The translations under genes and the position numbers were made by a program. A DNA stretch of 64,000 bases from assembly GCA_020850475.1 (NCBI GenBank), contig JADZEO010000113.1, positions 631 through 64,630 of the forward strand. The letters run 5' to 3'. Every line of letters starts with the position of its first letter. Within the stretch, counting starts at the first letter, position 1. This stretch comes from Bdellovibrionales bacterium. GTDB lineage: Bacteria; Bdellovibrionota; Bdellovibrionia; Bdellovibrionales; UBA1609. Under the pieces are notes generated by a model, which did not search any database, was not told where the DNA came from, and saw nothing but the letters and a program-made list of their open reading frames with translations. This document shows, in pieces, positions 9,891-21,153 of the stretch.

Positions 9891-10043
9891 CGTGAAATTC
9901 TTCCGCACCCGGGAAATCTTGTCTTTGTGGTGCGGACGAACTTTCTGCAATTAATAGAATCTCGTCCCTCAGACTCCTCCGATCATGGCAATAACTTTAC
10001 TGAAATAGGGGTATTTGACCATTTTCCTTTACGGAGGCTTTCC

Positions 10044-10442
10044 ATGACCAAACTCGCTATCGCCCTCATGGGCTTATTGTTTGCTGCCACTTCTCAGGCA
10101 ACCGTTGCTCGCACCGTTCTGACTTGTCACCAGAAAACTATGCGCCCAGGCGCTCCCGTGTACAGCCTGCAGGTAGCTCAAGGTGAAGTTGCCGACACTT
10201 GGCTCTTAAAAGAGCGCACCGCTAACCCGAACGCCCGCCCGGTGAGTATTGTGTTGGGTGGCCAGATTGCGTTTGTTGACCACGCCGACGGCACCTTCAT
10301 CTTTACCGCGAATGATGGTCGTTCCGGCTACACTCACTTTTACGTCAACAAGGCCAAGAAAAAGGCTCTCATCGACATTAACTTGTTCATGAAGCTGAAC
10401 ACCAGTGGTCCCATCACCGACTACGTTTGCGAATTGAACTAA
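10044..10442 (+). CDS. Small secreted hypothetical protein
   Basis: GGAGG RBS precedes the ATG at 10044. It has a signal peptide (MTKLAIALMGLLFAATSQA) and two Cys near the termini of the mature chain. Confidence 0.6.
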   Translation: MTKLAIALMGLLFAATSQATVARTVLTCHQKTMRPGAPVYSLQVAQGEVADTWLLKERTANPNARPVSIVLGGQIAFVDHADGTFIFTANDGRSGYTHFYVNKAKKKALIDINLFMKLNTSGPITDYVCELN

Positions 10443-10500
10443 GGCCTTTTGCTAGGTCTCGTAAGGACTCCCTTTGCGGCCGCCGCTCGAGTCTTCTTGC

Positions 10501-12438
10501 TTAGGCGGCCGGTCTTAGATTCTGCGTAATAAACGGGGTCACACGATTGCGGCCCCGGTTTTTGCTGGTGTACATCGCTTGGTCGGCCGCTTCGATCAAC
10601 TCATCGACCGTGGTCGCATGGTTGGGCAAACACGCATACCCGATACTAATCGTTACATGAAACTCCCGGCCATTATACAAAAACTGATGGCTGTCCACGC
10701 TCTTGCGTAAGCGCTCGGCAATCTCGGCCACCCGGTGGAGGGGTACGCCATTGAGGACCACGCCAAACTCTTCACCACCCACCCGGCATAAGACGTCTTC
10801 GTTTTTGCGCAAAATGCGTTTTAGAATGTAACCAATCTGCTTCAAGATGGCATCGCCGACCAAATGCCCGTGGTTGTCGTTGAACGACTTGAAGTGATCG
10901 ATATCAAACAAGATGAGCGACACGGGAAATTCCTGAGTCGGACCCGCCGCGATCCCTTCCGCCAACTGCTCTTGAAAGTACGCCCGATTGTTGAGCTGAG
11001 TGAGGTTGTCGCGGGTGGTTTCTTCATGCAGGTACTCATTTTCGAGGAGGACCGTTATATTGGAAGCAACCGTCGAGATAAACTGAATGTCTTCCTGGGT
11101 GAGTTTGTAGTCATTATTCATTGAAAACAGCCCGAGCGCCCCAATGACTTTGCTATTCTTTTTGAGCGGAAAGAGCGCGGTCGTGAGGAGGTCATCTTTG
11201 GTGATCATGCCGCCCGTCTCCGGAGTCAGAAAATCGCTAAAGACCACCGGCTGCTTCATTTGTTGGACCCGGGTCAGCAGCGGGTTGACGAGGTTCATCA
11301 CCACCTTGAGATTTTGACGGTCACCATTATCACCATCGACCGGAAAGACTCGGCCCACATGGTTTTTGATTTCGCACTCCACGCTCATATATTGGTATCC
11401 AAACAAGGCCACCATGTCGGCATTAAAGTATTCTTTGAGCTGGCTGAGGGCGATCTCAATAACCGATTGTCCTTGCAGGCGCATCGACATGGCCTGTGAA
11501 ATCTGTAGCAAGATCTTGGTTTCTTGGAGTTTGCGCTCCAGCTGCTCGTTCATGACCGCCATTTTGGCGTTGCGCTCAGCCAGGTCGTCGGTGACGCGTT
11601 GGTTGTCATTGAGCGATTGAACCAGGGATTCTTTCATGCGAGCCAGGGAGTTGCTGAGCTGACCGATCTCGTCCTTGCCGTCACTCGCAATTTTAACTCC
11701 GTACTCCCCTCCCGCCACGCGCAGAGCCAGCTGACTGAGTGACTGCAAGGGTTTAATCACGCGACGAACCACAAAGTAGGTCACGGTGGCAGCCAGACTC
11801 AGTCCCAAGAGAAAAATTAATTTCAACAACCAATCGACACTCTGGATGGACTGCAAGACCCCTTTGGTCTCCTGAAAAAACAAAACCTTAAAGCGATCGT
11901 TGCTTGGCAGTTGAAATACCAAGGTCTCGGCCATCCAAACCTGGTCGTTGGCTTTCACCAAGTGCCGACGTCGATCGTCGGATTTTTCCAGTACTAAGCT
12001 GTATAGGTCATCGCGAGTGTTGGAGGAAGTCGTCGGCCACCGGCCCCATACGAGCTTCCCCGTGTCTGCTTCAAAAACCAGGAGATTAAGTCCCATTTGA
12101 CTCTGCAAATCTCGCAAGTAGTCATTGTGACGAAGCGGGTCTTCATTGCTACTCAGGAATTCCTGAAAGCGCTCAACCGCCACGCCTAAGTCTTTCCCCA
12201 ATATCGATTTTGAATATTGATCGTGGGCCCGATTGACTCCCACGTAGACTGCGACCTGGACACAGATCAACACTTCGGCCAAAAGTAAAAAGATCTTTGA
12301 TTGTAAAGACACATCCCCTCCCACGAACCACTTTTTGGATGCGATCGCCACCCCAACCCACCACGAACCACTTGGTGATGGTTTCATTTTACCGCCATTT
12401 CTTATCGGCAAAAAAAAATTGCGCCACCTCGAATCCAT
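10501..12438 (-). CDS. Membrane-bound diguanylate cyclase (sensor-HAMP-GAF-GGDEF)
   Basis: It has two TMs, a HAMP domain (IKPLQSL...GKDEIGQLSNSLARM), a GAF domain and a GGDEF domain (DNLTQLNNR, LFDIDHFKSFNDNHGHLVGD, RVGGEEF). An alternative start is at 12387. Confidence 0.92.
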   Translation of the reverse strand: MDSRWRNFFLPIRNGGKMKPSPSGSWWVGVAIASKKWFVGGDVSLQSKIFLLLAEVLICVQVAVYVGVNRAHDQYSKSILGKDLGVAVERFQEFLSSNEDPLRHNDYLRDLQSQMGLNLLVFEADTGKLVWGRWPTTSSNTRDDLYSLVLEKSDDRRRHLVKANDQVWMAETLVFQLPSNDRFKVLFFQETKGVLQSIQSVDWLLKLIFLLGLSLAATVTYFVVRRVIKPLQSLSQLALRVAGGEYGVKIASDGKDEIGQLSNSLARMKESLVQSLNDNQRVTDDLAERNAKMAVMNEQLERKLQETKILLQISQAMSMRLQGQSVIEIALSQLKEYFNADMVALFGYQYMSVECEIKNHVGRVFPVDGDNGDRQNLKVVMNLVNPLLTRVQQMKQPVVFSDFLTPETGGMITKDDLLTTALFPLKKNSKVIGALGLFSMNNDYKLTQEDIQFISTVASNITVLLENEYLHEETTRDNLTQLNNRAYFQEQLAEGIAAGPTQEFPVSLILFDIDHFKSFNDNHGHLVGDAILKQIGYILKRILRKNEDVLCRVGGEEFGVVLNGVPLHRVAEIAERLRKSVDSHQFLYNGREFHVTISIGYACLPNHATTVDELIEAADQAMYTSKNRGRNRVTPFITQNLRPAA

Positions 12439-12625
12439 GAGATTTCACAAGTAATTTTGATACTCTGCACAGTTCCAGCGTTTACCAGTTGGGCATTACC
12501 GGAAAGATTCCGTCTCACTTTGAGGCTCATGGCACAGGACTTGTAATTCACGGGTCGCGACTCCAGGAGATGGTGTCACGTCGACTCCGTCAGAAGAACG
12601 ACAATTAATTAGAGGGGGAATTTAC

Positions 12626-13111
12626 ATGAACAAGTGGTTACTTTTTGTCTTATCCGCACTGGTGCTGGTGTCATCTGCACCCGTCAGTCACGCACTCAAC
12701 GGTCGGGACATCATTAGTATTATTGATCTCATCGGCAACAATGATCGCGAGCGCCCGCGCCCGCCACGTTACCCTGGTCCCGGTGATCGTCCTTATCCAC
12801 CTCGCTATGGCGTCACTTGCTCGGCTCAAGATAACGGTTGGGAAGAACATTGGCGTGGCCACGACAGTTGCTTTAGTTGTTTGCGCGAGCACGGAAATTG
12901 TACCGAGACCTGCAGTCAATCCTTTCACGTCTGCACCGCGGAAGGTGACGATGGACACGGTCGTCGTTACACCACTGATGGCTCGGGTGAAACCGAGTGG
13001 GAAGCGCGCGACAACGCCCAACGCAATTGCCAGTGGGATCGACTCTACGGTTGCCGCATCGTTCGCTGTGATCGCCAAGAAGAAGTCATCTCTCGTCGCA
13101 GTTGTCGGTAA
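12626..13111 (+). CDS. Secreted cysteine-rich protein (10 Cys)
   Basis: GAGGGGG RBS, signal peptide, an Arg/Pro-rich linker and two Cys-rich modules. An intrinsic terminator follows. Confidence 0.7.
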   Translation: MNKWLLFVLSALVLVSSAPVSHALNGRDIISIIDLIGNNDRERPRPPRYPGPGDRPYPPRYGVTCSAQDNGWEEHWRGHDSCFSCLREHGNCTETCSQSFHVCTAEGDDGHGRRYTTDGSGETEWEARDNAQRNCQWDRLYGCRIVRCDRQEEVISRRSCR

Positions 13112-13178
13112 GCGAGGAACTGACTCACTCGCCGCGAACATTTCGATATTGTGATCCAACAACACATCCTCAGGATCC

Positions 13179-13212
13179 GGTGGCCTTCGTCGTGAAGGCC
13201 ACCATTTTTTTT
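13179..13212 (+). terminator. Rho-independent terminator
   Basis: GGTGGCCTTC-gtcgt-GAAGGCCACC, a perfect 10-bp stem, followed by A and a T8 tract. Confidence 0.85.
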
Positions 13213-13454
13213 GAACGGCGATGGGACATATCCACCCAAGATCTTCAGAAACCCCCCACGCGTATGTCTCCAAAGCCAAAATCTCCCTCCCGGGAGTGAA
13301 ATCTGAAACAGCACATTCCAATCACTTAACGGCTTGCGTTTAATGCAGTCGCGCAAAGACGTGATGCCAACAAAAGTCTGGCTTCCACGCATCAAGCCTT
13401 TGTATATACTTGAGTTGTTCATTTATCGAAACATTAACATCTATGAGGAGTCCT

Positions 13455-13604
13455 ATGAGTACCAATCAAGAGGTTCCGTTGGGCCAGCGTCTATGTGACA
13501 GCCCATTTCTCCTGCTCATCGCAGGTATTGTCGTTATGTTCGCGTTTTACACAATTTGGGGATTGATCGAAGTGCTCAACCTCCCCCAAGCCACCTTGCC
13601 TTAA
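13455..13604 (+). CDS. Single-TM small subunit of the heme-copper enzyme (subunit IIa/CbaD-like position)
   Basis: GAGGAG RBS precedes the ATG at 13455. The 49-aa product has one TM (PFLLLIAGIVVMFAFYTIWGL) and is the first gene before subunits II and I. Confidence 0.65.
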   Translation: MSTNQEVPLGQRLCDSPFLLLIAGIVVMFAFYTIWGLIEVLNLPQATLP

Positions 13605-13632
13605 GGTGTGAGATACAGAAAGGATTGCAACT

Positions 13633-14181
13633 ATGTCTGACAATTCCATGCATTCTGGCATTGTCTCTCCAAAGGGAATCTGGTGGGTACCTGCCGCTCC
13701 TCAAGAGAGAAAATGGGTCATCGTCGCCTTCATTTGGTGTATGATTTTGTTTGCGATGATGCCTTTGTGGCACTTGCGCGGGGGACAAAACCCGTCAGGT
13801 ATTCGTGCGAAAGTATCAGCCGCCGATTACGAAGCGCGGGTGAATCGCTTTATTGAAGAACATAAAGTGGGCGAAGACAAAGGTGTGCCGATTGTAGCAC
13901 CGCCTCCCGGCAGCGATGTTTATCTGCTCGGCCGGATGTGGTCTTGGTCTCCCATTTTAAAACTTAAAAAAGATACCGAATACACTCTGCACTTGTCGTC
14001 TGTGGACCTCAATCACGGCTTTTCTCTCTATCCGGTGAACATCAACTTCCAAGTGGTTCCTGGCTATGATTACGGCCTGAAGGTCACGCCGAGCAAAGCG
14101 GGTGAATTTAGTATTATCTGCAACGAGTTTTGCGGCATTGGCCACCACTTGATGGTGGGCAAAGTCATCGTCGAAGAGTAA
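13633..14181 (+). CDS. Heme-copper oxidoreductase subunit II (CuA), eNOR-type
   Basis: One TM plus a cupredoxin domain with the CuA ligands NHG and CNEFCGIGHHLM. Confidence 0.9.
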   Translation: MSDNSMHSGIVSPKGIWWVPAAPQERKWVIVAFIWCMILFAMMPLWHLRGGQNPSGIRAKVSAADYEARVNRFIEEHKVGEDKGVPIVAPPPGSDVYLLGRMWSWSPILKLKKDTEYTLHLSSVDLNHGFSLYPVNINFQVVPGYDYGLKVTPSKAGEFSIICNEFCGIGHHLMVGKVIVEE

Positions 14182-14193
14182 GAGGGGTAAAAC

Positions 14194-15921
14194 ATGAATT
14201 CCATTTCAAATCTTGCAGCTAAGTTTCGCACTTGCCCCGTCACTGGTCTTAAGGTCGATCGCACTGCCGAAAACCTGATCAAGGTAAATGCGGTGGTCGC
14301 GGTGGTGTGCCTTCTGCTGGGCGCGGTGGCAGCGCTTCTGATTGTATTAACTCGATGGCAAGCAGTGCACCTGCTACCGGCTGAGTGGTACTATCGCTTG
14401 TTGACCAGTCACGGTCTCAATATGCTTATTTTCTTTATTATTTTCTTCGAGATGGCGGTCCTTTATTTTGCCGGCCCCGTCTTGCTCAACTGCCGATTAC
14501 CCGCCCCTAAGCTGGGATGGGTGAACTTCGGGTTGATGGTCATCGGTATGATCATGGTGAATACGATGGTGTACACCGGCAAAGCCGATGTGACCTTCAC
14601 CAGCTATCCGCCGTTGATGGCCGATCCCATGTACTATCTCGGCATTATCTTGTTTGCCGTGGGTGCCCTCTTGGTGACCTTTCAATTCATGGCAACGCTC
14701 GTCGTGGCCAAGAAAGAAAAAACCTATGAGGGGTCGATCCCGCTGGTGGTGTTTGGCGCTCTTACGGCCAACATCATTGCGATCATCACTCTTCTGCACG
14801 GTGCCCTCATCTTCATCCCCGCCTTCCTCTGGTCGTTGGGTTTGATGAACATGGATCCCCAAATTTACCGCTTGGTATTCTGGGGTCTGGGTCACTCGTC
14901 ACAGCAGATCAACGTCGCAGCCCACGTGGCCATTTGGTACCTCCTCGCTGGTCTGACCTGCGGTGGCGTGGTGCTAAGTGAAAAAGTCAGTCGCGCAGCT
15001 TATGTGCTCTACATTCTGTTTATTTCCATGGCCTCAGCCCACCACTTACTCGTGGATCCTGGGTTTGGTCCGGCTTGGAAAGTGTGGAACACCTCTTACG
15101 CCATGTATCTGGCGGTTCTCGCATCCATGATCCACGGTTTTACGGTTCCGGCCGGCGTGGAGATGGGCCTGCGTTTACGCGGTTACACCAACGGCTTGTT
15201 TGAGTGGCTGAGAAAAGCTCCCTGGGGTGACCCCGGCTTTTCTGGAATGGCCTTGTCGGTTGTGATCTTCGGATTCATGGGTGGAATTACCGGTGTCACC
15301 ATCGGTACCGAGCAGATTAACATCATCGCTCACAATACCCTGCGGATTCCTGGTCACTTCCATGTGACGGTGGTCGGCGGCACGGCACTCGCCTTCATGG
15401 CAGTGACTTATTACGTTCTGCCACTCATTTTCCAAAAGCGCGTGGCGTTTTGGGGCTTGGCGAAGCTTCAGCCTTATCTCTTCGGGATCGGAATTTCGAT
15501 CATGGGGATGGGGATGATCTTCCAAGGGATCTTCGGAGTTCCGCGCCGTCACTGGGATATTACCTTCTCAGGAGCATTGTTCCCCGTTGAGTTTCACCCA
15601 GCGGTGACGTTCTTCCAAGCCGTCATGGGCATCGGCGGGATTATTGCCTTCACCGGAGCCTTGGCGTTTATTTTGATCGCCGTGGTCACGGTATTTTTTG
15701 GCAAAACGGTCACCGAAGCCGATCTTAAGAGTGGCGCTTCTGGACTTCCGCAAGGTGTCTTAAAGCTTCCACCTCAGGTTCACACTGGTGCTCACGTGGT
15801 GAAAGCTCACGAAACGGGCGCACGTGGTACCGTGGTCCTGGTCGGAATCTTCTTTGTTTGCTTTGTGCTTTACTACTTCACCAACTGGAAGATTTTGAGC
15901 TTCCTATGGAAGGTCGGTTAA
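14194..15921 (+). CDS. Heme-copper oxidoreductase subunit I, probable eNOR-family nitric oxide reductase
   Basis: All six His ligands are present (SHG, GH234, AHH, GHFH). The cross-link Tyr position is Gln (H234-S-S-Q-Q238), and an extra Glu323 occurs in HGFTVPAGVE. Confidence 0.8.
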   Translation: MNSISNLAAKFRTCPVTGLKVDRTAENLIKVNAVVAVVCLLLGAVAALLIVLTRWQAVHLLPAEWYYRLLTSHGLNMLIFFIIFFEMAVLYFAGPVLLNCRLPAPKLGWVNFGLMVIGMIMVNTMVYTGKADVTFTSYPPLMADPMYYLGIILFAVGALLVTFQFMATLVVAKKEKTYEGSIPLVVFGALTANIIAIITLLHGALIFIPAFLWSLGLMNMDPQIYRLVFWGLGHSSQQINVAAHVAIWYLLAGLTCGGVVLSEKVSRAAYVLYILFISMASAHHLLVDPGFGPAWKVWNTSYAMYLAVLASMIHGFTVPAGVEMGLRLRGYTNGLFEWLRKAPWGDPGFSGMALSVVIFGFMGGITGVTIGTEQINIIAHNTLRIPGHFHVTVVGGTALAFMAVTYYVLPLIFQKRVAFWGLAKLQPYLFGIGISIMGMGMIFQGIFGVPRRHWDITFSGALFPVEFHPAVTFFQAVMGIGGIIAFTGALAFILIAVVTVFFGKTVTEADLKSGASGLPQGVLKLPPQVHTGAHVVKAHETGARGTVVLVGIFFVCFVLYYFTNWKILSFLWKVG

Positions 15922-15927
15922 GCAAGA

Positions 15928-16851
15928 ATGCGGAAGTCGGCGCTCATCGCCATTTTGGTTTGGTTGGGGGCCACACTGTTTTGGTGGGCCTTCGCCTTCG
16001 CGCCGACTTCAGCTGAGACCCCCGGATGGTTTGAGGCAGCTCGCGTGGCATGCTTTGGACGCATGCCCAATGGGCTGCCCGAACCCTACGGCTGGTTAAA
16101 TCTCGTGCTCAGTCCTATCACTCTCGCCATTACTATTCTCTTTATTTGGAGCCCCCAGGAACTCAAAGAAACTTTTAAGTCGCTAGCCAGTCGTCGCGCC
16201 GGTCAGGCCTTTTTGGTTTGCACGCTGGGCGTGGTTTCAGCTCTCAGTGTTTGGGTCGGACAAAGTGTTCACAAAGCCATTCAAATCGAAATGGTTGACT
16301 TTAGTGCTCCTGATCCCAAGGCTGAGTTACCCGAAGACTACCCACGGCTTAACCGGGTACTTCCGGCGTTTTCTCTTGTCGATCAAACTGGCAACACCAT
16401 CACCGAGAAGTCTTTTTTAGGCCGACCCGTGGTACTGACATTTGCCTTTGCTCACTGTGCGACCGTCTGCCCGGTCATCATCCATCAGGTCCTTCAAGGA
16501 ATTAAGGCCGAAGATGGTGCTGAATTTTTAATCATCACTCTCGATCCCTGGCGAGACACTCCCGGGTCTTTGCCTTCAATCGCCAAAGAGTGGGAGCTTC
16601 CCGAGTTTGCCCATGTGCTCTCTCATCAAAATCCCAAAATTGTGTCAGAGCTTTTTCCCTTATTCGACATGCCAGCCACTCGTGACGATAAAACGGGTGA
16701 CATCACTCACCCAGCCTTGGTATTCGTCATAGATCCGCAAGGACAATGGATCTATACGTTTAACAATCCTCATCCCAGTTGGTTGTCTGAGGCAATTCGT
16801 CGAGTGAGTCTAAAACATGCAGGAATACAAAAGCCTCTACGATATCAGTGA
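15928..16851 (+). CDS. SCO/SenC copper chaperone with N-terminal membrane domain
   Basis: The thioredoxin-fold C-terminus has FAHCATVCP (CxxxC), ITLDPWRD and a distal His (ITHP). The N-terminus has three TMs. Confidence 0.85.
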   Translation: MRKSALIAILVWLGATLFWWAFAFAPTSAETPGWFEAARVACFGRMPNGLPEPYGWLNLVLSPITLAITILFIWSPQELKETFKSLASRRAGQAFLVCTLGVVSALSVWVGQSVHKAIQIEMVDFSAPDPKAELPEDYPRLNRVLPAFSLVDQTGNTITEKSFLGRPVVLTFAFAHCATVCPVIIHQVLQGIKAEDGAEFLIITLDPWRDTPGSLPSIAKEWELPEFAHVLSHQNPKIVSELFPLFDMPATRDDKTGDITHPALVFVIDPQGQWIYTFNNPHPSWLSEAIRRVSLKHAGIQKPLRYQ

Positions 16852-18859
16852 ACTTCCTTTTATTACTCGCCCGCTAAAAAAACTGCTCACCATCATCGAT
16901 CGCTTCCTCGATCGGGTTTACACCTCTCGCTACAATCCGCTCTATCGCAGCGGCACTCTCGCAGTTTTTTGTTTGTTCGCCGCCATGGGGACTGGACTTT
17001 ACTTGATCTTTTTTTACCGCATCGGCACTCCCTACGAGTCGATCGTCGATATTCAAGCCCAAACCTGGGGAGCCAAATGGATGCGGGCCATGCATCGCTG
17101 GGTTTCAGACGCCGCCGTGGTCGCTCTCGTCTTTCATATTTTGCGGCTGCTCATCCAAGGTAAAACTTGGGGCCAGCGCACGCTGGCGTGGCTCACGGGA
17201 GTTTTCCTCACCATCTTGATGTTTATCTCCGCCTGGACAGGCTACGTGATGGTGTGGGACGAACACGGTCTCGCCGTCGCCAAGATGGGGGCCAAGATTT
17301 TGGACCTCATGATGATCTTTCCCGAAAGTTTTGAACGCTCTTTTACCGGCTTAAAGCCGGTGCCGCCCTCCTTCTTTTTTATGAATCTCTTTGCCCATGT
17401 GGCGGTTCCTCTTGGCATGATCATGGTTTTGTGGCTCCACACTTTTAAGCTCGCCCGCGCCAAGTGGCTCCCGGAAAAGCATCTCACCTATTGGCTCACC
17501 GCCACTTTTGTTTTGTTCTCGATTTTTGTGCCGGCTCCGCTCATGGATGGTGCGGACACGCTCGCCATTCCTGGAGGCTATCCCACCGATTTTTTCTATA
17601 ACGCCTGGATGCCCTTTTTGGAATGGTACTCCCCTCAGATGGTGCTGGGACTTTCCGCACTCATCACCATTTTCTTGTCGTCCTTTCCCTGGTGGTGGCG
17701 GCCGAAGGGGCATCGGCAGCGCTTGGCTGTCGCCGCTGGCGTTGATGTCAAGCGCTGCGAAGGATGCTCACAGTGCTACAGTGACTGCCCCTTTGACGCA
17801 ATCACCATGGAAGCACGCAACGTCCCGGGTGAGCCCGCTCTTTACTCCTCGGTAAATCCTGAGTTGTGTGTGAGTTGCGGAATTTGTATTGCGTCGTGCT
17901 CTTCATTGGCGATCGGGCCTTCAGAAAACACCGCTCGCGACATGATTCGCAAATTCAAAACTTTTAGTGACAGTCAGGATCGCTCGGCATTTAAGGGCGT
18001 GTTGTTTGTCTGTAAACACGGCGACCTTTCTTCGGTTGCCGCGCGCCAAGCCCATGCCCGCAAGTGGCTTCACTATGACGTCGACTGCACGGGCTCACTG
18101 CACTCCGCCTTGCTGACCTATGGAGCCAAAACCTATGGCCGCGTCGGCATTGCGGGTTGCCCCGAAAATAATTGCGTGTTCCGCGAAGGACCGGATTGGC
18201 TCAAAGAGCGCTGGCAACGTAAGCGCGGACCACCCCTACCCTTAAACATTCCTCAAGATGACGTTTTTCTGTTTAATGGCTCTCAGCCCGAAACCAAACC
18301 CCTGTGGGATTGGATGGACGGGAAACCCTTAAGCCCGCCCAGCCGTTTTCAGCAGGCCACACAATGGGCTTCAGGAATTGTCGCCACCGCGGCACTGCTC
18401 AGTTTTGTCGCTTGGGGCAGTCAGATTCGCTGGAACGAGGACCCCTCTCATGGAGCCCTCCGCCTTGGCTGGCGACTCCCAGGTCAAAAAATTGAAGAGT
18501 GCCGCGATCTCACCCAAGAAGAACTCAACCAACAATTGGCGCACATGCGCCGCCCTCGTGAATGCAAGGTCACCTACATCAACTACCGTTTGCGACTGCA
18601 AATCGGTGACGATGTCGTCGTCGACCAATTGGTCTTACCACCCGGGCTCAAACACGACCGTCCTCTGGACGTCAGTTTTGATCGCGAGCTCACTCCGGGA
18701 GAGTATCAGATCAAAGTCGCGTTCATTCCTGAAGATAATGACAACGCTCCGCGCTTCGAATTCGAAGGTCCAATTCAAGTGATCGAAGGTCGAGTGGTCC
18801 TCATTGCGCTGAGTGAAGCGGAACGTCGCCTTAAGGTTGTGACCTCTACACTCAAATAA
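16817..18859 (+). CDS. Cytochrome b / 2x[4Fe-4S] ferredoxin / MvhD(FlpD)-like fusion protein
   Basis: The cytochrome b6-like N-terminus has four heme His (MHRW, VFHILR, FAHV, WLHT). It continues with CEGCSQCYSDCP and CVSCGICIASC, then MvhD-like Cys spacing (VCKH, DCTGS, AGCPENNCVFREG), a TM and a C-terminal domain. Confidence 0.8.
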   Translation: MQEYKSLYDISELPFITRPLKKLLTIIDRFLDRVYTSRYNPLYRSGTLAVFCLFAAMGTGLYLIFFYRIGTPYESIVDIQAQTWGAKWMRAMHRWVSDAAVVALVFHILRLLIQGKTWGQRTLAWLTGVFLTILMFISAWTGYVMVWDEHGLAVAKMGAKILDLMMIFPESFERSFTGLKPVPPSFFFMNLFAHVAVPLGMIMVLWLHTFKLARAKWLPEKHLTYWLTATFVLFSIFVPAPLMDGADTLAIPGGYPTDFFYNAWMPFLEWYSPQMVLGLSALITIFLSSFPWWWRPKGHRQRLAVAAGVDVKRCEGCSQCYSDCPFDAITMEARNVPGEPALYSSVNPELCVSCGICIASCSSLAIGPSENTARDMIRKFKTFSDSQDRSAFKGVLFVCKHGDLSSVAARQAHARKWLHYDVDCTGSLHSALLTYGAKTYGRVGIAGCPENNCVFREGPDWLKERWQRKRGPPLPLNIPQDDVFLFNGSQPETKPLWDWMDGKPLSPPSRFQQATQWASGIVATAALLSFVAWGSQIRWNEDPSHGALRLGWRLPGQKIEECRDLTQEELNQQLAHMRRPRECKVTYINYRLRLQIGDDVVVDQLVLPPGLKHDRPLDVSFDRELTPGEYQIKVAFIPEDNDNAPRFEFEGPIQVIEGRVVLIALSEAERRLKVVTSTLK

Positions 18860-19097
18860 TTCCTCCTCGCTCTGGCATTTCGTCGGAGCGAGAATTCACT
18901 CTGCAGAATGTCGAATTTCCCTTGAGAAGGATTGTCCCGTGGTGCCAATTTGGGTTCGGGCGCAAACGTCCCATCCACCTGGATTCATTAGCTAAATCAA
19001 AATTCCTGCGCTTTCAATATCCTTGCATCTACCTGGGGATCACCCTACAATCTGAGGACTTAAATTAAATGCTTAATCATTGTTTTTCGAATCGTGA

Positions 19098-21089
<1,992 letters not shown>

Positions 21090-21153
21090 AATTGAATGGG
21101 GGGTACACCCACCAGACAGCGACCTCGTTGGGGGTCGCTGGTATTGACAGATT

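Noticed and set aside
9373-9954. Long alternative-frame ORFs (9373-9954 +, 9459-9950 -)
   Set aside because: Shadows of the vWA gene; no SD or motif.
12645-13321. Overlapping ORFs 12645-13154 (+) and 12671-13321 (-)
   Set aside because: Shadows of the Cys-rich secreted gene, which has the SD, signal peptide and terminator.
13321-13454. FNR/DNR or NsrR boxes upstream of the eNOR operon (also checked 18860-19127 and 36690-36862)
   Set aside because: Only half-sites (ATCAA at 13391, TTGAT at 36805 and 21966) were found, without matching partners at 4-nt spacing.
13633-15921. Annotation as ba3/cbb3-type cytochrome c oxidase
   Set aside because: The helix VI motif is HSSQQ, with no cross-link Tyr, so an O2 reductase call is not supported.
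16817-18859. bc1/b6f complex cytochrome b (petB) or a hydrogenase subunit
   Set aside because: There is no Rieske or c1 gene, no PEWY motif and no hydrogenase genes; it is a multi-domain fusion.
21096-21140. Small RNA in the nirS 3' region (hairpin CAGCGACCTC-gttg-GGGGTCGCTG)
   Set aside because: A single hairpin before the terminator; no family features, most simply an mRNA-stabilising stem.
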